A DNA stretch of 32,000 nt, taken from NCBI RefSeq assembly GCF_000020225.1, contig NC_010655.1, forward strand, positions 2,100,001 through 2,132,000. Direction: 5' to 3'. The position numbers were made by a program, and so were the translations under genes. Of the stretch, positions 1-8,591 are shown piece by piece. Source of the stretch: Akkermansia muciniphila ATCC BAA-835. Lineage in GTDB: Bacteria > Verrucomicrobiota > Verrucomicrobiia > Verrucomicrobiales > Akkermansiaceae. How positions within the stretch are numbered: position 1 is the stretch's first letter; every line of letters begins with the position of its first letter. The notes beneath the pieces were generated by a model. The model saw only the letters and a list, made by a program, of their open reading frames with translations. It was not told where the DNA came from and made no database searches.

Positions 1-56
1 TATTGGAATGATTTTTATTAAAATAGTTTTTTCACCGCAGTCGCTTGAATTCGTAA

Positions 57-254
57 AGCGGATTAAAAATTCGCCGTGTAATGGGAACCGGGCCAATATA
101 CCAGAGTTGCCCCGCCTGTTTGCTTATACTGATAAGGATAGAACGATGGATGCCCCTGATTCCAGACCAGATAAAGCATGGAAATACTCTTCTGGATGAT
201 GCGCAACACCTACGGAATCAATGTTTAAGCTTGTAGGAGGATTTTTAATCCGCT
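57..254. repeat. Perfect 14-bp inverted repeat pair bracketing a 170-bp AT-rich segment upstream of the autotransporter gene; candidate invertible promoter element
   Basis: AGCGGATTAAAAAT at 57-70 is the exact reverse complement of ATTTTTAATCCGCT at 241-254. The match stops on both sides (56/255 and 71/240 do not pair). The right arm ends 63 nt before the ATG at 318. The repeat is read directly from the sequence; inversion is inference. Confidence 0.45.
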
Positions 255-317
255 AATGATGGTAAAAAGCCTCCTGTCAGTTTTGGGAGGAATTTCACGT
301 ACGCCCTTTTAAAAACT

Positions 318-3300
318 ATGAAGTTGCACCTCCCTTTAAGTCTTTTGTCCTCCCTGCTTGCCTGCATGGCTGCTGTTTCCTCACCGCATGCCGTTGCGGA
401 AACCTATACATGGCTGGGGGGGACGGTGGATGTTCATTTAAATACTAACTGGACTCCGGATTACGGCAGCAGCAACTGGTCGGCAACATGGGCCGGAACG
501 GCGACAAACAGCATGCGTTTTGATGCGGGTAGCATGACGGGGCAGGTCAAGGCTCTCCAGGCTTCTTTCAATACGCTTTCACTTGGGGGAATAACCGTTA
601 CGGATAATTCCGATGGATTCAGCGTTTCCAAAAGCAACGGCTCCAACCGCACCGTTAATTTACGTGATGGAGGAGAAGGGTATACGCTGTTTGACATAGG
701 CGGGGATTTTTCTCTGGGAGTTGCCAGCCAGGTATGGAACGGAGTTGTTTTCAACTCCAGCGCCCTGTTTAACATTGCCTCCGGCAAGACCATGAATATT
801 TACGGTGGTCTGGGAATGGCTGGAACGGGAGCCAGGACGATGACGGTGGGGACGGACGGTTTTGCGGGAACCCTTATCCTGAATACGGCTGCCCAGTCTT
901 CCATGACGGCTGATTGGGTCATTTCCCATGGGGCGACCGTTCAACTGAACAATGCCGCGGCTTTGGGGTCCGGATCGGTCAGCTTAAACGGCGGCAATAT
1001 AACGGCCCAGCACGATGCTGTTTATAACAATGCCCTGGCCGTGAGCGGTTCTTCCGGCATGAACGTGAATGCTGCCACGCGGTTTGCCAGTGTCAGCCTT
1101 TCCAATGCCGCTGTCCTGAACATGAACGGAGGGACGCTTGGCATTGCGAATGCCGGCGTTTTGACACTGGGTTCTTCAGGGACCATTACGGGGAATTTGA
1201 CGCTGGGAAACACGTCTCTCCTGAATTTTTCCGCTCTTCCGGCTTCCGGATCATATTTGCTTAATGTAACAGGAACGCTGACCGTGGGCAGTGAATTGCT
1301 TCTGGGGCAGGAAACGATGGAAGGCGTAGCCTGGACGGAGGGTTCCTACAGTCTGGTTCATGCGGGTTCCGTAGAGGGAGTCCCTGCCAGCTCTTTCGTT
1401 CTGGGCGACAATCTTCTGGGTTCATGGAGCACGGAAAACAATAATCTTACCCTGGTTGTGGAGCAGGTGGCTTTGCTTGAATGGAAAGGCGGCGACGGGA
1501 TATGGTCTGTAACTGCTCCGGCTTCTTCACCGTGGAAAAATGAAGGTGTGTACAATAATGCTTCCGGAGTGGTCATGGGAGATATTGACGGAAGTTCTCT
1601 GCAAACAGTAACCATTGATGGAGTTGTCTCTCCCTCAATCATGATGGTCCAGGCGGATACGACGGATTATGTGTGGAATGCCGCAGATGAAGGAGGTGCT
1701 CTGGAAGGCAGCGGTAATCTGGAGAAGACCGGCAGTGCCAAGCTGACCATTAATATGGATAATGCTGATTATGCCGGAAAGGTCATTTTGGGGGGTGGAA
1801 CGCTTGAAATGGGGAATGATGCCGCTTTAGGCACAGGTGATCTGGCATTTGACGGCGGTACCCTCCGGTATGGAACAGGGGTAACGGCGGATATTTCCGG
1901 GCAGATTTCCACAACGAGCAAAAGTTCCGTGAAGGTGGATACCAACGGTAATAACGTAAGCTGGGCTTCCGCGGATCATTACAAGGCTCTGAACTTGGAA
2001 AAGTCCGGGAACGGTGTGTTGACTCTCGGCGGCGCCGTGTATACGGGGGGCCTGACAGTAGATGAAGGAGGCGTGTCCATTACTTCCGGCAGTGTTCAAA
2101 CGAAGTTTTCTGCGGGAGTCACGGTAAATGCAGGAGGAACGCTTGCCATTTCCAGCGCCATTAACGGAATATCGACCGGAGACAACGCCAATATCGTCAT
2201 CAACGGCATGAGCGGAGCGGGGCGGATTGAGCTGGACAACCAGGCTGCCAAATCCCGTTTTTATATTTCCGGAGATAATTCTTCCTTTACCGGGGAATTG
2301 GTGGCGACCGGACTGAACAATAATCCGGGAAATACGAATGATGCCCGCGATCTTCAGTTTGCCACTGCTGCCAGTATGGGAAGAGGAACGGTAACCCTGA
2401 ATGGACGCGGGTTCTGGCTGGGAACCGCCAATTCGGCGGATACCGCCGTCATGGCAGCAATCAATGTTCTGGAGAAAGGTTCCTATCTGAACGGGGGAAG
2501 CGGAAATTCCTATTACTTTGGCGGGGCGTTTACCGGTTCCGGCACCATGACCACGGCTCTGGGCAATGCGTTCGCATATTTGACGGGAGATATGACCGGG
2601 TTCCAGGGAGCATTCTCCCACACGGGTGATTCCCTGTTTACCTGGGCATTCGGCAACAATACGGAGGCAGTTCTGAATGATGGAAAGCTTTTCGGGGATG
2701 GAGTGGTTTTGAAGGCTGATGGAGGGACAAGCCAGTTTAAATTCTCCTATACCAACGATATTATACTGATGAACGCCACTGTAGGCGCAGAAGGGGCCTT
2801 GAACGCCAGGGTGGAACAGGCCGGAACCGGAACGCTGGTGCTAACGCAGGACAATAGCGCGACGGGAACGCTCACCATTACCAGCGGCACGGTTCAGCTG
2901 GGCAATGGAGAGGTTTCCGGCTCCTGGACAGGGCAGATTACCGGAGCAGGGGCTCTGGTGGTGGACAGGTCTGCAGGTTCCTCTGCTCTGGAACTGAACT
3001 CCGCCAACGATTATCAGGGTGGAACTACGCTGAACGGCGGCACAGTGAAGGCGTTGGGCGCCGGTTCCTTGGGAACTGGCGATGTTTTCGTCAACGGCGG
3101 TTCCATCCTGGATATGAACGGACAGGCGATTGCCAATAATGTCGCTATTACCAAAGGAGGGCTGCAACATGCCGGGGCCTACGCCACGTCGGGCGGCGTA
3201 ACCGTAAATGCGGAGGCTGATTCCGGGGACATTGACCTGGGAGGCCTGTCCGGCGACAAAGTGGGGGGCATCAATACCACCACGGCGGGAACGGCCATTA

Positions 3301-6179
3301 CCGGCCTGACGGGAAATTTGACGCTGACGGGGAATAATGCCCTGCATGTGGGGGTGGAAAATACCACGTATGCTTCTGACGGAGACCAGAAAAGTCTGAT
3401 TCAGTTCAATGATGCGGCTACGGGGACTGTTTCCTTAGGCGGAGATTCTTCCGATCTCACGCTGCACATGGATATTGATACGGATATCCTGATTGCCATG
3501 CGCGAACTGGATTCTGTCGGTATCCTGCTGACAGACGGGACGATTACCGGATTGCCGGACAGCGGTCTGGTGGCGTGGCTCAACCAGCATCTTACGTTTA
3601 ATGCCACACTGGAAAGCCTGGGGTTCGGCATCCAGGGAGTGGATGGAGGAAACATTATCATTTCCGGAAGAACGGACCAGATTTACATTGCTTCCGTAGA
3701 CGGTTCCTCAGTGACGGAAATTCCGGCTTTGAATTCCTATGCCCAGGTGATTGTTGATAAGGATCTTTCTCTGAATTTTGATGTTCCCGCATCTAATACG
3801 GACAAGACCATCGTTCGTCATCTTTCCTCCGGCACCAGCGCTACTGGCAATCTGGCAGTGAATGTCGCCGGAGAAGGTTCCTTGAATATTGAACTGGCCA
3901 ACGATTTGGACGATTCCGTTTTTAACGGAAATCTTATCGTAAACGGAAACGGTGCGGACCTGGTCAAAACAGGAGAAAAGACGCTGGTATTGAATGGGAG
4001 TGTCAGTACATCCAATGCAGTGATTGCCAAAGAAGGCACACTGGTTCTGAACGGGAGCGTCAACAACATCGGCACGCTGGCTTTGGCCTCCGCTTCTGCA
4101 GATGCAATTGCGCGTACCGTGATTGGTGGGACTGTCACAGCCACTCTGTCGGATGAAGATGAAGGCGGTTCCCTGGAGATTGCTGCGGGGGGAACACTCA
4201 AGACCGCCGGAGATTCCGTCCTGGACCAGGCGACCTCCATTTCCGGAGCAGGGAGTTTGAATATTCAGGAAGGTTCCGCCCTCTCCCTGACGGGGAAAGC
4301 CGGCCTGTCCGGAACTTCCGTGACGCTGAACGGAACGCTGGGTCTGTCCGGGACTGGGGAAAAATCCATCCAGTCCCTCTCCGGTTCCGGAACGCTGGCG
4401 TTGAACGGCGGCACTCTGTCTGTCACTTCCGCTTCCGCCAGAAACGGTTCTTTCTCCGGTACGCTGGATGGAGAGGGACGTATTGACGTATCCGGCAGCG
4501 TAACCCAGGTAATGCAGACAGGAAGCTCTACGTATGACCTGGGCGTTCATGGAGGGGGGACGCTGGTATTAAAAGGCACTTCTGCCGCCCCTGCGCTTGA
4601 TTACCGTAATGTTGCAGTAGGTTCTGCCGGCACCCTGCGTATTGAAGCCATTGGGCATGAGGCCGGAGACTCCAATACCTCCTTAAACGTCGGCAGCATT
4701 GATTTTCAAAGCGGCTCTACGACGGAATTCGTTTATAATTTAAGTGCGTCTGATCCTTTCGGCTCCGCTATGCTGACGGCGGATTCCATCACCATTGGAA
4801 ATGGGGCGGGATTCTCTCTTGCCAACATGGAAGGCAACACGGGGCTGGGAACGTATGACAACCTGGACGGCGTGGTGCTGATGACAGCGGACACGATTGA
4901 CGGACTGACGGAGGGGGAATCCATATCCGTGGGGACTTCCGGCCTGTTTGCCGTTTATTACAAGGATGCGACCATGAGCCGGGAGGGCAATCATATTGTG
5001 CTGAATGCCACGGTGCAGCAGGACAATATTTTTACGCCTGCGGTGAATTCCCATAATTCCGGAGCAGGTTCCGAACTTCTGTGGGAGGCAAAAAATAATC
5101 TGGATGCCACTTCCCAGCTTGGGCAGGCGATGCATTCCATCAGCACCATGATTACGGGAGATAATCCCGACTTGGCGGGGGCATCCAGGGCTTTGGCAGC
5201 AGTGGCTGGGAGCACGGTCAACGCGCTGGGGACGGCACAGAGGGACGCCCTGCGCGACCAGATGGGCTGGATCAGGAACCGGACCACCCTCATGGGCGTC
5301 AACCCGGCCTACGTCAACGACGACCTCCCCCGCTTCCACATGTGGATGGAAGGCACGGGCTCCTACGCCAAGCTCGACACCCGCGGGGATGAAAGCGGCT
5401 ACCAGCTCACCACCTGGGGAGGCACGGTAGGCATGGACGCGGACCTCAGCGACCGCCTCACGGTGGGAGCGGCCTTCACGGCCGGCTACGGCGACCTGAC
5501 GGCCGGCGCGGCGGACAGCGCCGACGGGCACCTGGACAGCTACTACGCCAGCCTCTTCGGCCGCTACCAGGACAGGCGCTGGGCGCACACGCTCATCCTG
5601 ACGGGAGGGTGGAACGACGCGAAACTCAACCGTACGGTCAACTATGGGGAAGGAAGCTACGGGACGCAGGGAAGCACCAGCGGGTGGGGCTTTGGAGCGA
5701 TGTATGAACTCACCTACGACGTATACCTCAACGAAAACCGCAGCAGCGTGCTGCAGCCGCTGTTCAACGCCTCGGTGGTGACGACGCGGATGGACGGCTA
5801 TGAGGAAACGGGTGCGGGCAACGCGGGCCTGAACGTCGGCAGGCAGGACTGGACGACGGGGACGCTGGCGCTGGGCGGCCGGTGGATGGGCCTGGTGGGC
5901 AGCAACATCTTCGGACGAGAAGCGCTGGCGGAAATCCGAGTAAACGCGGCGCAGGACCTGGGAGACCGGAGAGGGGAAACGAACGTCTCTCTGCTGGGCA
6001 ACCCCGGCTTTGCGCAAAGCGTGAGGGGGGCGAAAGAGGGAACGACGGCGCTGCAGCTGGGAGCCGGACTGAGCGTGCCTGTAGGAACGAAGGGAACCAT
6101 CTACGTGAACGGGAACGCGGACATCCGTGACGGGTCCAGCGCACTGAACGGAAGCGTCGGCTACCGCTACGACTTCTAA
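318..6179 (+). CDS. Giant autotransporter outer-membrane protein (1953 aa): signal peptide, long beta-strand-repeat passenger, C-terminal autotransporter beta-barrel
   Basis: The N-terminus MKLHLPLSLLSSLLACMAAVSSPHAVA is signal-peptide-like. The Gly/Thr/Asn/Leu-rich passenger carries recurring units such as EKTGSAKLTINMDNADYAGKVILGGGTLEMG, EKSGNGVLTLGGAVYTGGLTV and GTLVLTQDNSATGTLTITSGTVQLG, typical of autotransporter-associated beta-strand repeats. The last ~280 aa (HMWMEGTGSYAKLD...GAAFTAGYGDL...SVGYRYDF) have alternating-pattern barrel strands and a terminal aromatic F. Confidence 0.93.
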   Translation: MKLHLPLSLLSSLLACMAAVSSPHAVAETYTWLGGTVDVHLNTNWTPDYGSSNWSATWAGTATNSMRFDAGSMTGQVKALQASFNTLSLGGITVTDNSDGFSVSKSNGSNRTVNLRDGGEGYTLFDIGGDFSLGVASQVWNGVVFNSSALFNIASGKTMNIYGGLGMAGTGARTMTVGTDGFAGTLILNTAAQSSMTADWVISHGATVQLNNAAALGSGSVSLNGGNITAQHDAVYNNALAVSGSSGMNVNAATRFASVSLSNAAVLNMNGGTLGIANAGVLTLGSSGTITGNLTLGNTSLLNFSALPASGSYLLNVTGTLTVGSELLLGQETMEGVAWTEGSYSLVHAGSVEGVPASSFVLGDNLLGSWSTENNNLTLVVEQVALLEWKGGDGIWSVTAPASSPWKNEGVYNNASGVVMGDIDGSSLQTVTIDGVVSPSIMMVQADTTDYVWNAADEGGALEGSGNLEKTGSAKLTINMDNADYAGKVILGGGTLEMGNDAALGTGDLAFDGGTLRYGTGVTADISGQISTTSKSSVKVDTNGNNVSWASADHYKALNLEKSGNGVLTLGGAVYTGGLTVDEGGVSITSGSVQTKFSAGVTVNAGGTLAISSAINGISTGDNANIVINGMSGAGRIELDNQAAKSRFYISGDNSSFTGELVATGLNNNPGNTNDARDLQFATAASMGRGTVTLNGRGFWLGTANSADTAVMAAINVLEKGSYLNGGSGNSYYFGGAFTGSGTMTTALGNAFAYLTGDMTGFQGAFSHTGDSLFTWAFGNNTEAVLNDGKLFGDGVVLKADGGTSQFKFSYTNDIILMNATVGAEGALNARVEQAGTGTLVLTQDNSATGTLTITSGTVQLGNGEVSGSWTGQITGAGALVVDRSAGSSALELNSANDYQGGTTLNGGTVKALGAGSLGTGDVFVNGGSILDMNGQAIANNVAITKGGLQHAGAYATSGGVTVNAEADSGDIDLGGLSGDKVGGINTTTAGTAITGLTGNLTLTGNNALHVGVENTTYASDGDQKSLIQFNDAATGTVSLGGDSSDLTLHMDIDTDILIAMRELDSVGILLTDGTITGLPDSGLVAWLNQHLTFNATLESLGFGIQGVDGGNIIISGRTDQIYIASVDGSSVTEIPALNSYAQVIVDKDLSLNFDVPASNTDKTIVRHLSSGTSATGNLAVNVAGEGSLNIELANDLDDSVFNGNLIVNGNGADLVKTGEKTLVLNGSVSTSNAVIAKEGTLVLNGSVNNIGTLALASASADAIARTVIGGTVTATLSDEDEGGSLEIAAGGTLKTAGDSVLDQATSISGAGSLNIQEGSALSLTGKAGLSGTSVTLNGTLGLSGTGEKSIQSLSGSGTLALNGGTLSVTSASARNGSFSGTLDGEGRIDVSGSVTQVMQTGSSTYDLGVHGGGTLVLKGTSAAPALDYRNVAVGSAGTLRIEAIGHEAGDSNTSLNVGSIDFQSGSTTEFVYNLSASDPFGSAMLTADSITIGNGAGFSLANMEGNTGLGTYDNLDGVVLMTADTIDGLTEGESISVGTSGLFAVYYKDATMSREGNHIVLNATVQQDNIFTPAVNSHNSGAGSELLWEAKNNLDATSQLGQAMHSISTMITGDNPDLAGASRALAAVAGSTVNALGTAQRDALRDQMGWIRNRTTLMGVNPAYVNDDLPRFHMWMEGTGSYAKLDTRGDESGYQLTTWGGTVGMDADLSDRLTVGAAFTAGYGDLTAGAADSADGHLDSYYASLFGRYQDRRWAHTLILTGGWNDAKLNRTVNYGEGSYGTQGSTSGWGFGAMYELTYDVYLNENRSSVLQPLFNASVVTTRMDGYEETGAGNAGLNVGRQDWTTGTLALGGRWMGLVGSNIFGREALAEIRVNAAQDLGDRRGETNVSLLGNPGFAQSVRGAKEGTTALQLGAGLSVPVGTKGTIYVNGNADIRDGSSALNGSVGYRYDF

Positions 6180-6238
6180 CAAGAAAGAAAACACAAGGAG
6201 GGGGCCCCACCCCCGAAAGGCCTTCCTCCTGACCCTCC

Positions 6239-6271
6239 AGAGCCGCTCCGGAACAACTTCGGAGCGGCTCT
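6239..6271 (+). terminator. Strong GC-rich hairpin 60 nt after the autotransporter stop; terminator-like but without a U-tract
   Basis: AGAGCCGCTCCG (6239-6250) pairs perfectly with CGGAGCGGCTCT (6260-6271), a 12-bp stem with a 9-nt loop. It is followed by GTTGCC rather than a T-run. Confidence 0.4.
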
Positions 6272-6501
6272 GTTGCCTGAGGAAAGCCCCTTGGGGCGGC
6301 CCGGATGGGCCAAAAACAAAACAGCGGCAAGAAAAAAGAATGCGCCGTCCCCACGGAAGCCATGGCCCTTTTTCCCCTCGTCCCCTCCCGTGAAACGCCT
6401 CATCCTCTCCTCAAATCTGTAAAAACGCGCCAAATGTTTCCGGAAGCCCTCTCCGCTGTCCGGAGCCGGAAAAGAACGGAACGCGAGCAATAGGGCCTTT
6501 T

Positions 6502-7251
6502 TTATGCGATTTCAGCGGTTTTCCATTCCAATACCGCTTCCGCCCGCAGTTCATCTCCGTGCATGAGGTGGTGGGTGGTGAGGGAGTCCCGGAAGAACAG
6601 CAGGGATTTCATGGAATCTCCCGCATGGGTTTCTTTTCTAAAATGCAGGTGAATTCCCGTCAGTTGGTGGTTCTTTAGCCAGGAGTCCGGAAGGGAGTCC
6701 AGAGCCCAGACCAGGTAGGCGGCATTGTTGATGTGGCGGTTGAAATCCGTATCCCGGCGTTCCGCCGTCCATTCCCTGATCATCGGCAGAAGTCCCGAAA
6801 TGTCCATGGATACCGGAGCCACCGTTTCTTTGCATGGGGTATCCGGGAAAGAGCTGATATGCCTGTTTAATGGCACAGGACGCCTGCGGCGTATGTCAAT
6901 GACAGCCCACAGACAGCTTGCTGCAACGATGCAGTTGCCTTGGGCATCCCTGATTTCCAGGTTGCGGCGCGCCAGCAGAGGCGTTTCCTGGGCCGTCCAG
7001 GTTCGGAGTTCCACCGTTTCCTTCCACCGGGGAAGGCGGCTGACGGCCGCATCCATGCGCACTTCCACCCAAGCCAGGCTGCGGGACGTTACGAAATCAT
7101 AGCCGAAACCCAGGCAGGAGGCATGGGCTTCCGCTATTTCCTGAAACCAGTGCAGAACCGTTTCCGGTTTCATCAGGCCATTCGCACCGCTTTCGTAAGT
7201 GCGGACGGTTGCCTGAACGGAATAGATTTCCTTGTTGCTGGCATGTTCCAT
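6502..7251 (-). CDS. Acyl-ACP thioesterase family protein
   Basis: The 249-aa ORF has an ATG at 7251. Its double hot-dog layout and sequence resemble the FatA/FatB-like acyl-ACP thioesterase family (SVQATVRTYESGANGLMKPETVLHWFQEIAEAH...; second half DTDFNRHINNAAYLVWALDSLP). Confidence 0.82.
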   Translation of the reverse strand: MEHASNKEIYSVQATVRTYESGANGLMKPETVLHWFQEIAEAHASCLGFGYDFVTSRSLAWVEVRMDAAVSRLPRWKETVELRTWTAQETPLLARRNLEIRDAQGNCIVAASCLWAVIDIRRRRPVPLNRHISSFPDTPCKETVAPVSMDISGLLPMIREWTAERRDTDFNRHINNAAYLVWALDSLPDSWLKNHQLTGIHLHFRKETHAGDSMKSLLFFRDSLTTHHLMHGDELRAEAVLEWKTAEIA

Positions 7252-7418
7252 AACATCTTATGCTAGCGGAGCCGTTCTTTCGGAGCCAGTCAAAAACGGG
7301 TAATATCCGGCTGTTTGGCATGCCGCACCCCCGGTAAATGAATGGCCCCGTAATTTCCGGGCTGTCGGCATGCAATAGAAATTTTGTCAGCAGCCGCTGA
7401 GATTGACTTACCTTATTT

Positions 7419-8351
7419 CTAGAGAATGCTCCGGAAATAGGCGATGGTCTTTTCCAACCCTTTTTCCAGCGTAATATGAGGCTTCCAACCCAGCTTTTCT
7501 TTTGCCAGCCGAATATCCGGTTTGCGTTGGGTCGGGTCGTCCAAGGGCAGAGGACGGAATACTGTTTTGGAAGAAGAGCCTGTCATTTCAATGACTTTTT
7601 CTGCCAGTTCCAGCATGGTGAATTCCTCTGGATTACCCAGGTTGACCGGGCCGGAAAAACCTTCCGTATCCATCATGCGCACCATCCCCTCCACCAGGTC
7701 GTCCACGTACTGGAAACTCCGGGTCTGTTTGCCCGTTCCGTAAATGGTGATGTCTTCCCCCTTCAGCGCCTGGACGATGAAGTTGGAGACTACTCTTCCG
7801 TCGTTAGGGTTCATTCGCGGTCCGTAAGTGTTGAAGATGCGGATGATGCGAACGTCCACCCCGTTCATGCGGCGGTAGTCCATGAACAGGGTCTCCGCGC
7901 ATCTTTTGCCTTCGTCATAGCAGGAGCGGACGCCCACGGGGTTGACGTTTCCCCAGTAGGTTTCCGGTTGGGGATGGACCATGGGATCTCCGTATACTTC
8001 GCTGGTGGAGGCCTGGAGGATTCTGGCCTTGCACCGTTTGGCAAGGCCCAGCATATTCAGAGCGCCCAGCACGGAGGTCTTCATTGTGTGGATGGGGTCA
8101 AACTGATAATGGGGAGGAGAGGCGGGGCAGGCCAGGTTGTAGATTTGGTCAACTTCCATGACATAGGGAACGGTAACGTCATGGCGTATTACTTCAAATC
8201 CGGGATAATCCGTCAGGTGGAGGATGTTTTGTTTGCTGCCCGTGAAGAAATTGTCCATGCAGATAACTTCATGGCCTTCCCTGAGAAGCCGTTCGCTGAG
8301 ATGGGAGCCGATGAAGCCGGCGCCTCCGGTAATCAAAATCCTTTTGCTCAT
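7419..8351 (-). CDS. UDP-glucuronate decarboxylase (UDP-xylose synthase), extended SDR
   Basis: [18 protein letters not shown] is a Rossmann motif. [12 protein letters not shown] carries the catalytic YxxxK in the context typical of UXS enzymes. There is family-wide similarity over ~310 aa. I chose the ATG at 8351, because the tracked ORF's 40 extra N-terminal codons (to 8471) look non-coding. Confidence 0.9.
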   Translation of the reverse strand: MSKRILITGGAGFIGSHLSERLLREGHEVICMDNFFTGSKQNILHLTDYPGFEVIRHDVTVPYVMEVDQIYNLACPASPPHYQFDPIHTMKTSVLGALNMLGLAKRCKARILQASTSEVYGDPMVHPQPETYWGNVNPVGVRSCYDEGKRCAETLFMDYRRMNGVDVRIIRIFNTYGPRMNPNDGRVVSNFIVQALKGEDITIYGTGKQTRSFQYVDDLVEGMVRMMDTEGFSGPVNLGNPEEFTMLELAEKVIEMTGSSSKTVFRPLPLDDPTQRKPDIRLAKEKLGWKPHITLEKGLEKTIAYFRSIL

Positions 8352-8591
8352 GATGGCATGTCCGTGCGTTTGTTCGTTCCGCCGCGCCGGAAGGGAAGCA
8401 AGCGGAAAGTTTTCCCCTGTCCGTGCGTTGCGGTTCAATGTCACATATCCGTCACGGGAAGGCAAGCGCATAGCATCCCGGACGGGATATTACAGGGATG
8501 TCCGGGAAAGGCAGGGGAGGAACCAGGAAGGTTTTTCCGTACGGACCGGGAGGCGAATTCCGGTTGGTTCCCGGCTGTCCCGCTGGCAGGT

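Noticed and set aside
4740-6363. Long minus-strand ORFs (484 aa and 199 aa) and a plus-strand 82-aa ORF over the 3' end of the autotransporter and the spacer
   Set aside because: They appear only where the GC3 of the real gene is extreme. The translations are Arg/Pro/Ala-rich. I interpret them as by-products of composition.
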